The notes beneath the pieces were generated by a model. It was given only the letters and a program-made list of their open reading frames with translations, did not search any database and was not told where the DNA came from. A stretch of DNA of 64,000 bases from an uncultured delta proteobacterium (lineage in GTDB: Bacteria; Desulfobacterota; Desulfuromonadia; Desulfuromonadales; BM103). How positions within the stretch are numbered: position 1 is the first letter of the stretch; each line of letters begins with the position of its first letter. Both the position numbers and the translations under genes were made by a program. Shown piece by piece: positions 11,004-22,201 of this stretch. The stretch lies in NCBI GenBank assembly GCA_963715335.1, contig CAVQRZ010000026.1, positions 1-64,000 of the forward strand. The letters run 5' to 3'.

Positions 11004-11925
11004 CGTTGGGCGTGACTCTGTTTCGATTATCATACCAACGTATGGCCGTGAACACGTGTTGGTCGATACCTTAACGGAATTATTCTGACCTTTCTTGTTG
11101 TATAAACGAGAGTAATTGTTGTCGATCAGACTACGAATCATCTTGAAGATACACAATCTTTTTTGATGAAGATGAATGAGAAGGGGAAGATACGTTGGAT
11201 CAGGCAGCATTTGCCATCTATTACACGTGCAATGAACCTTGGCCTCAGTAAAGCCAACTCTGATATTGTGCTCTTTTTGGATGATGATATCATTCCGAAT
11301 TCTGACATTGTCAGAGAGCATTTCACGAATTATGAATCTCCTGAAGTTTGGGCTGTGGTCGGACAGGTATTACAACCTGGAGAAGTGCCGACTGATTTCG
11401 TGATGAACGAGAATTCGCCTGTTGGATTGAGTGCCGATATAAATTTCAGATTCAATGCGACTCAATCTCAGTCCGTGGCAAATGTCATCGCATGCAATCT
11501 GTCCGTTCGGCGGGAGAAGGCGATACAAGTTGGCGGTTTTGATGAGAACTTCATCGGTGTTGCGTATCGCTTTGAAACGGAATTCGCCCGCAGAGTATGG
11601 AAGGCCGGCGGGAAAATATTATTCGAACCCATGGCATCTATTCGACACTTGCGAGCACCAAGTGGAGGCACCCGTAGTTACGGCAATCATTTGACATCGA
11701 TGTCGCCAATGCATGGAGTGGGGGATTATTACTTTGCTTTGCTGCCAAGGCATCAACCAAACAACCCTATTGTATATGCTCATACGGCCGTTTCGCGAAG
11801 TGCGTACCCGTTTTCATTTGCAGCATCCCTGGTGGATACCTGTCAAGTTGGTCGGAGAACTACGCGCCTTTTGCCTTGCAATCAAGCTATTCAGGGCCGG
11901 GCCCAAGTTCCTAACAACTGAGTAA
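10993..11925 (+). CDS. GT2 glycosyltransferase (frameshifts near 11090 and 11755)
   Basis: VSIIIPTYGR, AMNLG, LFLDDD, GGFDENF, HLRAPSGG. Confidence 0.75.
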
Positions 11926-11929
11926 AACA

Positions 11930-13169
11930 ATGAAACTCGGCATTCTCACAACCCACCCGATCCAATACCAGGTTCCCTGGTTTAGGGCTTTGGCTTCTTT
12001 GCCAGATATCGACCTGACTGTTTTTTTCTGCATGTTTCCCGATTCGAAACAACAGGGAGAGGGCTTTGGGGTCGCGTTTGAATGGGATGTGCCTCTGCTT
12101 GATGGTTACCACTACCGGGTTCTGGAAAATATCTCGCCGCAGCCTGCCGTAGGCTCTTTCAAAGGATGCGATACACCGGAGATCGACAGGATTGTACGAG
12201 ACGAAGGCTTTGATGCCTTCATCGTCAATGGCTGGGTTGTTAAAAGCTGTCTGCAACTGTTGTGGGCATGCAACAAAAACAAAGTTCCTTGTGTCGTGCG
12301 CGGTGAATCAAATAATTTGCGCCCGAGAGTCTGGTGGAAGAAGACTCCTCCATAGGCTGCTACTTACTCGTTACAGTGCTTTTCTTTATATCGGTGAAGG
12401 TAATCGACGTTTTTACCTTGAGAATGGTGTTGCGGAAGAGAAATTGTTCTTTGCCCCCTATTGCATTGAAAATGAACGATTTGCAAAGATGTCTGAAGAA
12501 CTCAAATTGCAGCGCGAGTCTATTCGTGAAGCGTGGGGTATCCCACGAGATGCAGTGACATTTCTATTCTGCGGCAAGTTTCAGAATAAAAAGCGCCCTA
12601 TGGATTGTTTGAGGGCTTTGCAATTGATCAAAGCCCGGGACGCGGGATGCGGGACGCGGGACGCGAAAACCCCAAAAGATTTAAGTCCTCCAGCCACTGG
12701 CCACCAGCCAGCAGCCGAACCATTGCATCTCTTAATGGTTGGCACAGGGGAGTTACTCGATGAATGCAAATCTTTTGCGAATGAACACAACCTGCCAGTG
12801 ACCTTTGCAGGGTTTTTAAATCAATCAGAAATCCCAAAGGCTTATGTGGCGTCTGATTGTCAGGTTTTGCCTTCGGACAATGGAGAAACCTGGGGATTGG
12901 TGGTGAATGAAGGGATGGCATGTGGCCTGTCCGCAATAGTTAGTGACCAAGTCGGATGCCACCTTAATCTCATTAAGGATGGAGAAACGGGGTGGGTATA
13001 CCCTTGTGGTGATGTCGTTGCCCTGTCCGATCGCATGAGAATGGTTGCTGATAAAGAGGTCCTGGAACGTTCGGGAGTAAATGCCCGTGGTCTTGTCTCA
13101 GGACACAATTACGATGTCGTTGTGAATGGAACGTTGTCAGCGCTTGATTATGTCCTAGGTCGTCACTAA
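11930..13169 (+). CDS. GT4 glycosyltransferase (frameshift near 12345; in-frame repeat insert 12636-12717)
   Basis: THPIQYQ, FCGKF..KKRP, GFLNQSEIP, ETWGLVVNEGMACG. Confidence 0.85.
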
Positions 13170-13174
13170 ACAAT

Positions 13175-14605
13175 ATGATTCTTTACTCTTTCTTCGCCTT
13201 CATTGGGTTCTCAGCGTTCATCGCTTTGTTCAACTGGCGTATGGGGCTCTATTTTTTCATAGTTGTTGGTCTCGTTCAGGATCCTGTGCGTAAGCTTATC
13301 CCGGGGGTTCCCGGATACCTTGTGTTGGCAACTGTTCCTGTATGGTTTGCCATATTAGTCAAACTATTCACATCAAGACCTCACATACTGAGACCTCTCA
13401 AGCAACAATACCCCTCTCTTAATAAATCGATCTTTTTGTTGCTACTCAGCATGATACCAGCGGCTATCCTGTCGGCGACATATGGGCCGGGTTCGTGGCA
13501 ATTGACACTGGTCGGCGCCTTCTCATACGGCACGATACTTTTGGGCCTTATAGTTGGCTTCTGGTATGCACACAATGTGAAAATGCTTCGGAATTTATTG
13601 GGTTTTTACTGTGTTGTTGCCGCCAGCATGCAAATAGGTACGTATCTCGAATATTCAGGATACTCTTTGCCGACACTCGGGACGGCAATGTTCAATGCCG
13701 AATGGATTCGCTATATTCCTGGCGAGATCATTCACATGGTCTCCGGATTCTTCCGCAGCCCTGATGTTATGGGCTGGCATGCCGTGATGTTGGCTATGAC
13801 GGCTATTACCCTGGCTGTCAGTGGGAGAGGTTGGAAGCGGTGGCTATGGGTCATCCTCGCTGTATGGGGATGCGGACTTTCAGTACTCTGCGGGCGAAGA
13901 AAAATGATTTATATGTTGCCGATATTCTTTGTTGTTATGACATGGCTGCACTGGTTTATTAGAGGACGGATGAAAAAGATATCGCTGGCGATCGTTCTGT
14001 TTCTATCTCTTTCCGGTGGAGTCTACTTTTACAAATATATGAGTCCTCACGAAGCATACATGACTTACTACACGGAGAACCCGAATCAGGCCGTAGAACG
14101 TTTTGAAAAAGATGGCTTTGATGCTCTCCTGGTTACATATCAACAAAATGGTTTTTGGGGAGCGGGCCTGGGATCAGCGACCCAGGGAACACATCATCTG
14201 AAGGTCGCTCGACCAAGAACTTGGCAGGAGGGTGGAGTGTCGCGCATCATGGTCGAGCTTGGTGTGCCCGGTCTGTTTTGCTTTATATATTTTGGTTATG
14301 CACTCATAACCACAGGTTGGCGCCTGGTGACCAAACGCATTGACCCTAATAACAAGAACTTCACAATTTGGGCCGGCCTCTTTACCATGATGCTTACCAA
14401 CGCGGGTAGTTTTGTTGTGTCTGGACAAATATTTGGCGATCCTTTTATCTCCTGTTTCTTTGCATTTATGATTGGCGCGTTACTTTCAGCCGTCAGGCTC
14501 GATGAGGCTATGCTGATACGTCCACAGAGGTTTTCTAACTCCCGGCAGATAAAGCCGCAAAAGCTTCCGCAAGGCAATGTTGATGGCAAATCGTTCGCTG
14601 GATAA
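13175..14605 (+). CDS. Multi-pass membrane protein, Wzy polymerase / O-antigen-ligase-like
   Basis: About 12 hydrophobic segments, periplasmic loop with GAGLG and ELGVPG motifs, context. Confidence 0.6.
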   Translation: MILYSFFAFIGFSAFIALFNWRMGLYFFIVVGLVQDPVRKLIPGVPGYLVLATVPVWFAILVKLFTSRPHILRPLKQQYPSLNKSIFLLLLSMIPAAILSATYGPGSWQLTLVGAFSYGTILLGLIVGFWYAHNVKMLRNLLGFYCVVAASMQIGTYLEYSGYSLPTLGTAMFNAEWIRYIPGEIIHMVSGFFRSPDVMGWHAVMLAMTAITLAVSGRGWKRWLWVILAVWGCGLSVLCGRRKMIYMLPIFFVVMTWLHWFIRGRMKKISLAIVLFLSLSGGVYFYKYMSPHEAYMTYYTENPNQAVERFEKDGFDALLVTYQQNGFWGAGLGSATQGTHHLKVARPRTWQEGGVSRIMVELGVPGLFCFIYFGYALITTGWRLVTKRIDPNNKNFTIWAGLFTMMLTNAGSFVVSGQIFGDPFISCFFAFMIGALLSAVRLDEAMLIRPQRFSNSRQIKPQKLPQGNVDGKSFAG

Positions 14606-15743
14606 ACTGCAGGTCTGTCTTGTGGAAACATCACTTCCAGGCAGTTACGGCAGTATGCCTGCTTATGCTGATATGCTCGTCAATGCGTTAGAAAGTAATC
14701 TCCATTCCAAATCGATTAACGTCAACCGAATAAATCTAATGGTTGGTCTGCCACCCTGGCTCATGCAACACTCCAGTTGGTCTTATCGCCTTCAGATTCT
14801 TTGGCTGATGCATCGTTCAAGAAAGAGATTGACTGATTTATCCGCAGACATTGTTCATATTGTCGATGGCAGTCAGGCTCATTTGGGTTTGTCTTTGAAA
14901 AACACAAAATATATCGTGACGTCTCACGATATCATCCCGCTTCTACAGGCAAAAGGGAGGTTCGATGTCCCTCCGCCGGGCATTTTTGCACGTTGGCTGA
15001 TCAAAAGAAGCCTGAAAGGTTTGCGCAAAGCTGAACAGATTGTGTCGGATAGTACCTCAACTAGCAAAGACCTTGAAAATGTGGCAGGTTTAAATGGTAA
15101 CAGAATCCATATTATTCATCTCCCGGTCAGGTTGGATTTGCAGAAAGCCATTGCGAACAAAGATGTCAGCACTGAGATAAAGATAGAGAGGACTTGCCCT
15201 ATTGTATTGCATGTTGGCAACAATGGGTTTTATAAGAACCGTGTCGGTGTTGTCAGAATCTTCAGGAAAATCAGAAACAAGATGTCTGCGCGACTCATTA
15301 TGGTGGGCCCTCCACCACATCCGGAGCTCGTTGAGTTGATAAAAAAAGCCGGGTTGGTGGCAGACGTTGAATTTGTTGAAAATCCACCTGTCAACCACTT
15401 GGCGGATCTTTACTTTAATGCAAATCTTTTCTTCTTTCCCAGTCTCTACGAAGGTTACGGTTGGCCTCCATTAGAGGCGATGGCCTGTGGATGTCCAGTC
15501 GTCTGCTCGAACGTCGCGTCACTACCTGAGGTCGTTGGTGACGCAGCATTAACATGCGACCCAGCTGACGAGGGTCAGATGGCGCAACTATGCATTTCTG
15601 TGCTTGAAAATCAGACTCTTGCTCAATCCTTGTCCTCAAAAGGCCTTGAACGTTCCAAGTTTTTCACCACCGAAAAGATGGGGTGTGAGATTCTTACTGT
15701 TTATGGAAAAGTGTTCGATACCGATTTGCTTGCAGATCGCTAA
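14577..15743 (+). CDS. GT4 glycosyltransferase
   Basis: TSHDIIP, HVG....[21 protein letters not shown]. Confidence 0.88.
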   Translation: MLMANRSLDKLQVCLVETSLPGSYGSMPAYADMLVNALESNLHSKSINVNRINLMVGLPPWLMQHSSWSYRLQILWLMHRSRKRLTDLSADIVHIVDGSQAHLGLSLKNTKYIVTSHDIIPLLQAKGRFDVPPPGIFARWLIKRSLKGLRKAEQIVSDSTSTSKDLENVAGLNGNRIHIIHLPVRLDLQKAIANKDVSTEIKIERTCPIVLHVGNNGFYKNRVGVVRIFRKIRNKMSARLIMVGPPPHPELVELIKKAGLVADVEFVENPPVNHLADLYFNANLFFFPSLYEGYGWPPLEAMACGCPVVCSNVASLPEVVGDAALTCDPADEGQMAQLCISVLENQTLAQSLSSKGLERSKFFTTEKMGCEILTVYGKVFDTDLLADR

Positions 15744-15768
15744 TAATCAATCACGGGTTACTGCTTAG

Positions 15769-16890
15769 ATGAAAGTCCTTGTCAACGCACTCTGTACCAC
15801 CAACCTCAGTGGTCGTGCCGTTTTGTTCGGTCATCTTGAACAGTTGGCCAAATGGACAGCCGGGGAGCACGAGTTCGTGGTAATTTACCATGAAAGCAAC
15901 AAGGATCTTGTGCGCGATTTTGGTCAGAATGTGACCTGGCTGCAATGTCCGGCATATACGGCGAGATGGTATGGTAGAGCATTGTGGGAGAGGACTCGGT
16001 TGTCTAATCTGATCAAAGAAACCGGTAGCGATATCCTGTTCATGCTCTCGGGCACAGCGATACCTGATTGTCTCGTTCCGCAGGTTTCCTTGACGCTCAA
16101 CCCCTGGTGTCTGGTCCCTGAGGTCCACAAGGGGCTCGTCGAAAAATTTAAGGCGTTTCTTCAGCGCAAGGCCTACTCGTATGCCGTCCGCAACGCTGAC
16201 ATGATGGCCTATTGCTCCGATTTTATGCGTGATGTTTTCCGGAAGAATGCAGGATGCCGTGAGAAGTCACATGTGATGGCCTACTGCGGTTTGAACGAGG
16301 ATATCTTTGAATGCCTTGAAGTGGTACGTTCGTTCGACAATCGCAAAGAGAACCGGGTCCTTACAGTTTCATTGATGGCACCGCATAAAGGAGTTGAGAC
16401 AATAATACGAGCCTTGGCCATACTCCGGGACGAATACAAGATCAAAGCTGAGTATGCGCTGGTCGGTGGTTGGAGCAGTGAAGATTATCGCCAGAGCATA
16501 GAAGCTTTGATTGATGAATTAGGTGTGCGATCACAGGTTGTAATTACCGGGCATGTGACTCGCGAGGAACTGTTTCGTCATTACTCCGAAGCGTTAGTGT
16601 TCTGCCTGATGAGTCGCTGTGAATCCTTTGGTATCCCGTCTGTGGAGGCCCAGTACTTTGGCACACCAGTGGTTAGCTCAAATTGCTGTGCAATCCCCGG
16701 AGTATGTGGCGAGGGAGGCCTTTTCCCTGAGAAAGATGATGTCAAAAGCACTGCCGGAGCCTTGGCGAAAATGTTGACGGAAAAGGCGCAGTGGCAAGTC
16801 TATTCTGATGCTGCAAGGGAAAATGCGCAGCGGTACCGATATGATCTGGTCGCGAAGCCGTTGATGAAAATATTTGATTTGCAGAGGTGA
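15769..16890 (+). CDS. GT4 glycosyltransferase
   Basis: PHKGV, SRCESFGIPSVEAQYFGTPVV. Confidence 0.85.
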   Translation: MKVLVNALCTTNLSGRAVLFGHLEQLAKWTAGEHEFVVIYHESNKDLVRDFGQNVTWLQCPAYTARWYGRALWERTRLSNLIKETGSDILFMLSGTAIPDCLVPQVSLTLNPWCLVPEVHKGLVEKFKAFLQRKAYSYAVRNADMMAYCSDFMRDVFRKNAGCREKSHVMAYCGLNEDIFECLEVVRSFDNRKENRVLTVSLMAPHKGVETIIRALAILRDEYKIKAEYALVGGWSSEDYRQSIEALIDELGVRSQVVITGHVTREELFRHYSEALVFCLMSRCESFGIPSVEAQYFGTPVVSSNCCAIPGVCGEGGLFPEKDDVKSTAGALAKMLTEKAQWQVYSDAARENAQRYRYDLVAKPLMKIFDLQR

Positions 16891-16986
16891 TTGCTTAGCG
16901 ATTGGTGGCTTGTCTCTTGCGATTTGTACTGATAGTCTGATCAAAAACTAGTCACATTCTACCTTGCCCTTTTACAGGGGTTCTCT

Positions 16987-17544
16987 ATGCCCGATACCAA
17001 ACTCGACATATCCACCAACCGTGAAGCAGTCAAATATTCTTCAAGTGAGAATGTGAGACGTGTCCTCTGGGCATTGGTTGCTCCTTTATTTCGATTCAGC
17101 CCACGTCCAATGTTTGGTTGGCGAAGATTCCTGCTCTTATTGTTCGGAGCCAAACTGGGGCAGGGGGTGAATGTCTACAACAGTGCTGTCATCACAATGC
17201 CCTGGAACCTGGAAGTAGGTGATTGGGCGGCGATTGGCGAGCACGCGCTGATCTACAATCTTGGCAAGATTTCCATCGGTGAAAGTGCCACGGTCTCTCA
17301 GCGAACTCACCTCTGTGCCGGTTCCCACGATTACCTCGATCCCGCCATGCCTTTGCTGAAAACACCTATCACGATTGGGGCGCAAGCCTGGATCTGCGCT
17401 GATGCCTTCGTTGGCCCAGGTGTGACGATTGGTGAGGGTGCCGTGGTTGGTGCCTGCGCTGTTGTTACTAAAGACGTCGAACCGTGGATTGTTGTCGCAG
17501 GAAATCCTGCAAATAAAGTCAAAGATCGCAAGCTTAAAAGTTGA
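16987..17544 (+). CDS. WcaF-like polysaccharide acetyltransferase
   Basis: WRRFLL.LFGA, PWNL, SQRTHLCAGSHDY, WICADAFVGPGV, AGNPA. Confidence 0.85.
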   Translation: MPDTKLDISTNREAVKYSSSENVRRVLWALVAPLFRFSPRPMFGWRRFLLLLFGAKLGQGVNVYNSAVITMPWNLEVGDWAAIGEHALIYNLGKISIGESATVSQRTHLCAGSHDYLDPAMPLLKTPITIGAQAWICADAFVGPGVTIGEGAVVGACAVVTKDVEPWIVVAGNPANKVKDRKLKS

Positions 17545-17548
17545 GGCT

Positions 17549-18436
17549 ATGCTTCCCTCTCTTCCAATCACCGTACTGATTGCGGCCAAGAACGAAGAGG
17601 CCAATATCGGTCGTTGCATTTCTGCTCTCAGCCCCGCAGCAAGAATTATCCTGATCGATTCTCACAGCAAAGACAATACCGCAAATATCGCAATAGAGAG
17701 TGGCGTAGAAGTTGTTCAATTTGATTATCAGGGGGGGTATCCGAAGAAACGTCAGTGGGCCCTCGACCAGCTGAAAATAGAAACGCCCTGGGTGCTATTG
17801 CTGGATGCCGATGAAGTCGTCCCGGATGAACTATGGGACGAGATTTCACAAGGGATATCAGGGACTCGTCCTCCTGAGGCATTTTTGATAACAAAGGGGT
17901 TCCACTTCCTTGGCAGAAAATTCCGCTTTGGTGGCTTCTCTCATGCCGCTGTATTGTTATTCAAAACCGGGAAAGCACGATTTGAACATGTTCTGGATGA
18001 GCCACCGACGGCGCCGGATATGGAGATCCACGAGCGTTTGATTGTTGAAGGAACGGTTGGCCGATTAAACACCCCACTGATCCATGAAGATTTTAAAGGT
18101 CTGGATGCTTACAAGGCACGTCATGATGACTATGCTGTGTGGGAGGCAAAAGTCAGACACAGGTTCCTGACGACCGGGCAATGGGGGGAGCAGGTAATTA
18201 AATCTGATTTTTTTGGCAATACTCAGGAAAGAAGGCGTTTCCTCAAAGAACTCGCAATACGTATGCCTTTTGAACCGTTTCTATGGTTCACTTATCACTT
18301 CATCTTGAAGTTCGGTTTTCTGGAAGGCCGGGCAGGTTTCATTGCCAGTTGGACAAGGGCTGGGTATATCGCACAAGTCAGAAGGCGTCTGAGGGGTTTG
18401 CTTGACACAGACAAAAGTTTATCCACACCATCATGA
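17549..18436 (+). CDS. GT2 glycosyltransferase
   Basis: AKNEEANI, IDSHSKD, KRQWAL, LLDADE, HE; start set at ATG 17549. Confidence 0.85.
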   Translation: MLPSLPITVLIAAKNEEANIGRCISALSPAARIILIDSHSKDNTANIAIESGVEVVQFDYQGGYPKKRQWALDQLKIETPWVLLLDADEVVPDELWDEISQGISGTRPPEAFLITKGFHFLGRKFRFGGFSHAAVLLFKTGKARFEHVLDEPPTAPDMEIHERLIVEGTVGRLNTPLIHEDFKGLDAYKARHDDYAVWEAKVRHRFLTTGQWGEQVIKSDFFGNTQERRRFLKELAIRMPFEPFLWFTYHFILKFGFLEGRAGFIASWTRAGYIAQVRRRLRGLLDTDKSLSTPS

Positions 18437-19246
18437 AACCAAAGATTTCAATAATCACCGCCACCCATAATTCTCAAGGCGTCATCACCTCATGTCTGGA
18501 CAGCCTGAAACAACAGGCTGTTCCTTTTGAGCACATTGTTATTGACGGGGCATCAACCGACTCAACCCTTCAGGTCGTCAAAGTGCAATCCCCTGATAGC
18601 CACATCCTGTCTGAGCCGGACAAAGGTCTTTACGATGCCTTAAACAAGGGCATCGGAATGGCGACAGGGGAGGTTGTCGGGGTTTTGCATGCAGATGATT
18701 TTTATGCGGCAACGAATGTTCTTCAACTTGTGTCGGACGTGTTTCAAGACCCTTCGGTGGATGCTTGTTATGGCGACTTACTCTATGTTGCCGAGAAACG
18801 CGGGACGCGGGACGCGGGACGCGGAAATCACAACAATTCACATTTCACATCTCACGATTCGCTGTTCCACGTTAAGCGCTATTGGCGTAGTGGTGACTAC
18901 AACCCCCGCAAGTTCTATTGGGGCTGGATGCCTCCGCACCCGACGTTTTTTGTTCGCAAATCAGTGTATGAGAAGTACGGCCTGTTTAATCTGAATATGG
19001 GCACCGCTGCTGATTATGAGCTGATGTTGCGCTTCCTGGTGAAGCATGGCATTACGTGTAAGTATCATCCCTGAAGTTATGGTCTGCATGCGTACAGGCG
19101 GGGTGAGTAATGCGAATCTGGGTAACCGGTTGCGGGCGAACCGGATGGATCGTGAAGCGTGGCGGATGAACGGTTTGCAGCCATACCTGTTTACGACCTG
19201 GTTGAAACCGATCAGGAAGATTCCACAGTATTTCTTACGGCCGTAA
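18433..19246 (+). CDS. GT2 glycosyltransferase, WcaE-like (frameshift near 19065; in-frame repeat insert 18794-18861)
   Basis: IDGASTD, SEPDKGLYDALNKG, LHADD, GWMPPHPTFF, ADYELMLR, MRTGGVSN. Confidence 0.85.
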
Positions 19247-19300
19247 TATGAAACTGAATTACAGGTCACCGGCCTTTCAGGATACGAGCCCCTGTCATTA

Positions 19301-20465
19301 ATGCAAACATTGGAACAACAAATCCTTCTGGCTTGTATCTTGGCTTCACCAGACTCTGAGCGTCTGGCCCTTCTCCTTGAAAAACATCCTGATTGGCATG
19401 AATTGCAAAGCCAGGGATCGCGACACGGTGTATTGCCCCTCCTCTACCAGGCATTGAAAAAATGTCCTGATTCTCCAATCCCATCATCAGTTTTAAACCG
19501 ATTGCAGGAACAGTTTGCCGCACATGCACTGCGAAGCCTGCAAATGCAGAAGAGAACTGCATAGACTGGTTGACCTGTTGTACGGTGAGGGGATTACAGT
19601 TATTCCATTTAAGGGGCCGGTTCTTGCCGAGGAGGCGTACGGTGATATTGCCCTGCGCAGCTTCGTTGATCTTGACGTGCTGGTGCCACCGGAACAGGCC
19701 CAGGATGCAGTACAAGTCCTTTTGGCACAAGGCTACAGGCTTGAGTTCGAATTACCGCAAGATCGGTGGGTGGGGCTACTGAAGGTGGAGTATCACGTCT
19801 CGCTGCATCATCCGGAGCATGACTGGATTGTCGAGATCCATTGGGCTTTGTCTCATCCCATGTACATGCAGTCATTCGACCCCTCGCCTCATTGGCAGAA
19901 TATTGAGGGTGGCCGGGAAGGGCGACTTAAGCCTGAAGAGACGTTGGTGATGCTCTGTGCCCACGGCACGAAACATTTCTGGGAACAGCTTAAATGGCTG
20001 GTCGATATCGATCGTATTCTAAGAAATGGCCCACCGATAAACGGCGAGAACACGCTCACTTTGGCCTGTCGTTCCAGTTCTGTGCGGAGTTTGCTGCTTG
20101 GCTTGAACCTGTCGCAATCCCTGCTAGGGACTCCACTCTGTGCTGAGTTCACTGCCAGGATTGACGGGAGTAAGGTTGTCCGTTCACTGACCCATGTAGC
20201 GATTGCCAACCTGTTTCGGCAGAATCCGGAGCGAAAAATCCATAAAAATGAATATGCATTTTATCTGCAAAGCCGTGACACCTTAAGCGATCAGCTTCGA
20301 CAGATTTTTCGTTGGCTGTTTCTCCCTCGTCTCGCTGATTGGCAGGTTTTCCCTCTCGGGGACTATTGTCATGCGTTGTATTATGTCGAAAGGCCGGCAC
20401 GAATGGCTTGGAAGTGGTTGCTGCGACCTTTGTTTCCGGGGCTTTGTGACAAGAAAAGCATGTAA
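19301..20465 (+). CDS. Putative nucleotidyltransferase (NTP_transf_5-like; frameshift near 19550)
   Basis: HGVLPLL, FKGPVLA..AYGD..LR...DLDVLV, VEIHW, H..KH.W..LKWLVDI. Confidence 0.72.
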
Positions 20466-20538
20466 TTACAAAACCTTTCACACTTTCATTCCCATTGATG
20501 GTCTGTTATAAAGGTTGTATCCTGGTACTGGAGAAGAA

Positions 20539-22197
20539 ATGGATTTTTTACGCTGCTTCTACAGCTTCATGACGGCGCTTTTTGCGGCGCTGATCATGGT
20601 GCCGTTCCTGCGGCAGTGGGCCCTGGACAAGAACAGTGTCGATCAGCCTGATGCCCGTAAGATTCATGATGTGCCGATGCCGCGGCTTGGTGGCATCGCC
20701 ATTTTCCTCGCCTTTTTGTTCTCAGCGATTATTTTTCTGCCGATCGATGAAAGCATCCGCGGCCTTCTCGCCGGCATGCTGATTATTTTTGCCACCGGCG
20801 TTGTCGATGATCTAAATGGACTCACCTCGCGCAGAAAGTTCGCCGGCCAGATTGCGGCGTGCCTGACCACTATACTGGTTGGCAAACTCTATTTGACCGA
20901 TCTCGGCAACCTGTTCGGGTTCGGGCCTGTGATTATGCCGGCCTGGGTAGGAGTCCCTTTCACGGTGTTTGCCGTGGTCGGAGTGATCAATGCGATCAAC
21001 CTGATTGATGGTCTCGATGGTCTGGCCGGGGGCGTCTCGAGCATCGCCCTGACCGCTTTTTTCCTGATCGGCTGGCTGGAGAACGATCCGGTTACCATGA
21101 TCCTTTCGGCCGCCCTGGTCGGCGCGATCTTCGGTTTTCTCAAGTACAATTTCTACCCGGCCCGGATCTTCATGGGTGATACCGGCTCCATGGTGGTCGG
21201 TTACGTTCTGGCTTTCATTGCCGTTGCATCGACCCAGAGGTCAGGTTCTTCGATCAGCCCGATGGTTCCTGTGCTAATTCTGGGCCTGCCGTTGCTGGAT
21301 ACTGTGTGGGTGATGATGCGCAGGATTGCGAAGCGCATGAGCCCGTTTACTGCTGATCGCACCCACATCCATCACCAGTTCCTGGACCTCGGATTCGAAC
21401 ATCGATTCACGGTCGTCATTATTTACGCGATCTCTCTGTTCTGGGCGGTTTGCGCCCTGTTATTACGCAATTCTCCTGAATACGTTCTGTTGTTTTTCTA
21501 CCTGGCCACGGCCATCGGCAGCTACTTTCTGCTGCGTTCTCTCGCACAGAGAAAAGAGCGGTTCTCCTTTCTGGAGCGAGACGACGGGACCGGAATCCGC
21601 AGCTCCTCGACCTACCAGATGTTGTCCGGTTACTCCGATTATCTCTTGATCGGAATCAAACTGCTGCTTGGCCTCTATCTCATTGTTGCCCTGGTGTCAG
21701 TCTTTAAAGACTCGATCATCCCATGGCAGATTGCCTTGATACTACTTGGCTCAGGCATCTACCTCTGGCAAAGCCGTCAGTCGGACAACCGCCAGTTCCT
21801 GATGCTCGTCGTTTATGCCACTTTCGGCCTGATCGCAACCCAGACCTGGCACATGGAGTTGCCGTTTATCGCTGAAATCTTCTCTGAAGCGCTACGGAGA
21901 CGTTCTGCTCGGCGCCGCTGGGTGTTCTGGCCGTTATCAAGATTCAGTTTCGTCGGATAGGGGAGCTGTTCCTGACGACAGCTGACTACCTCGTGCTGGC
22001 GGTCTGTATCTTCCTGGCGATCGCCTCGCAGCAGGCTGTACTCGGCTACAACTATCAACGGTCCGCTGTTTCGAACCGTGGTCGGGGTGATTGCCTTGCG
22101 AACGATTGCTACCCGTGACCAATTGGTACAGCGAACAGTTTTGTGCTGCTGTTTTGTGGTTTTGCTGGTGGTGTCGGTGATGGGGTTGATAGGTTAA
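20539..22197 (+). CDS. wecA: WecA/MraY-family undecaprenyl-phosphate sugar-1-phosphate transferase with C-terminal extension (frameshifts after 21880)
   Basis: PRLGGIAI, GVVDD, NAINLIDGLDGLA, IFMGDTGS, DRTHIHH. Confidence 0.8.
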
Positions 22198-22201
22198 TGT
22201 C

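Noticed and set aside
3780..19075. Programmed frameshifting, phase variation or selenocysteine read-through at the broken genes
   Set aside because: Breaks need frame changes rather than read-through, and most are not in long homopolymers or slippery motifs.
15745..19300. Possible eroded heptamer arms at about 15748, 16890-16935 and 19255-19295
   Set aside because: Too degenerate to distinguish from chance by eye.
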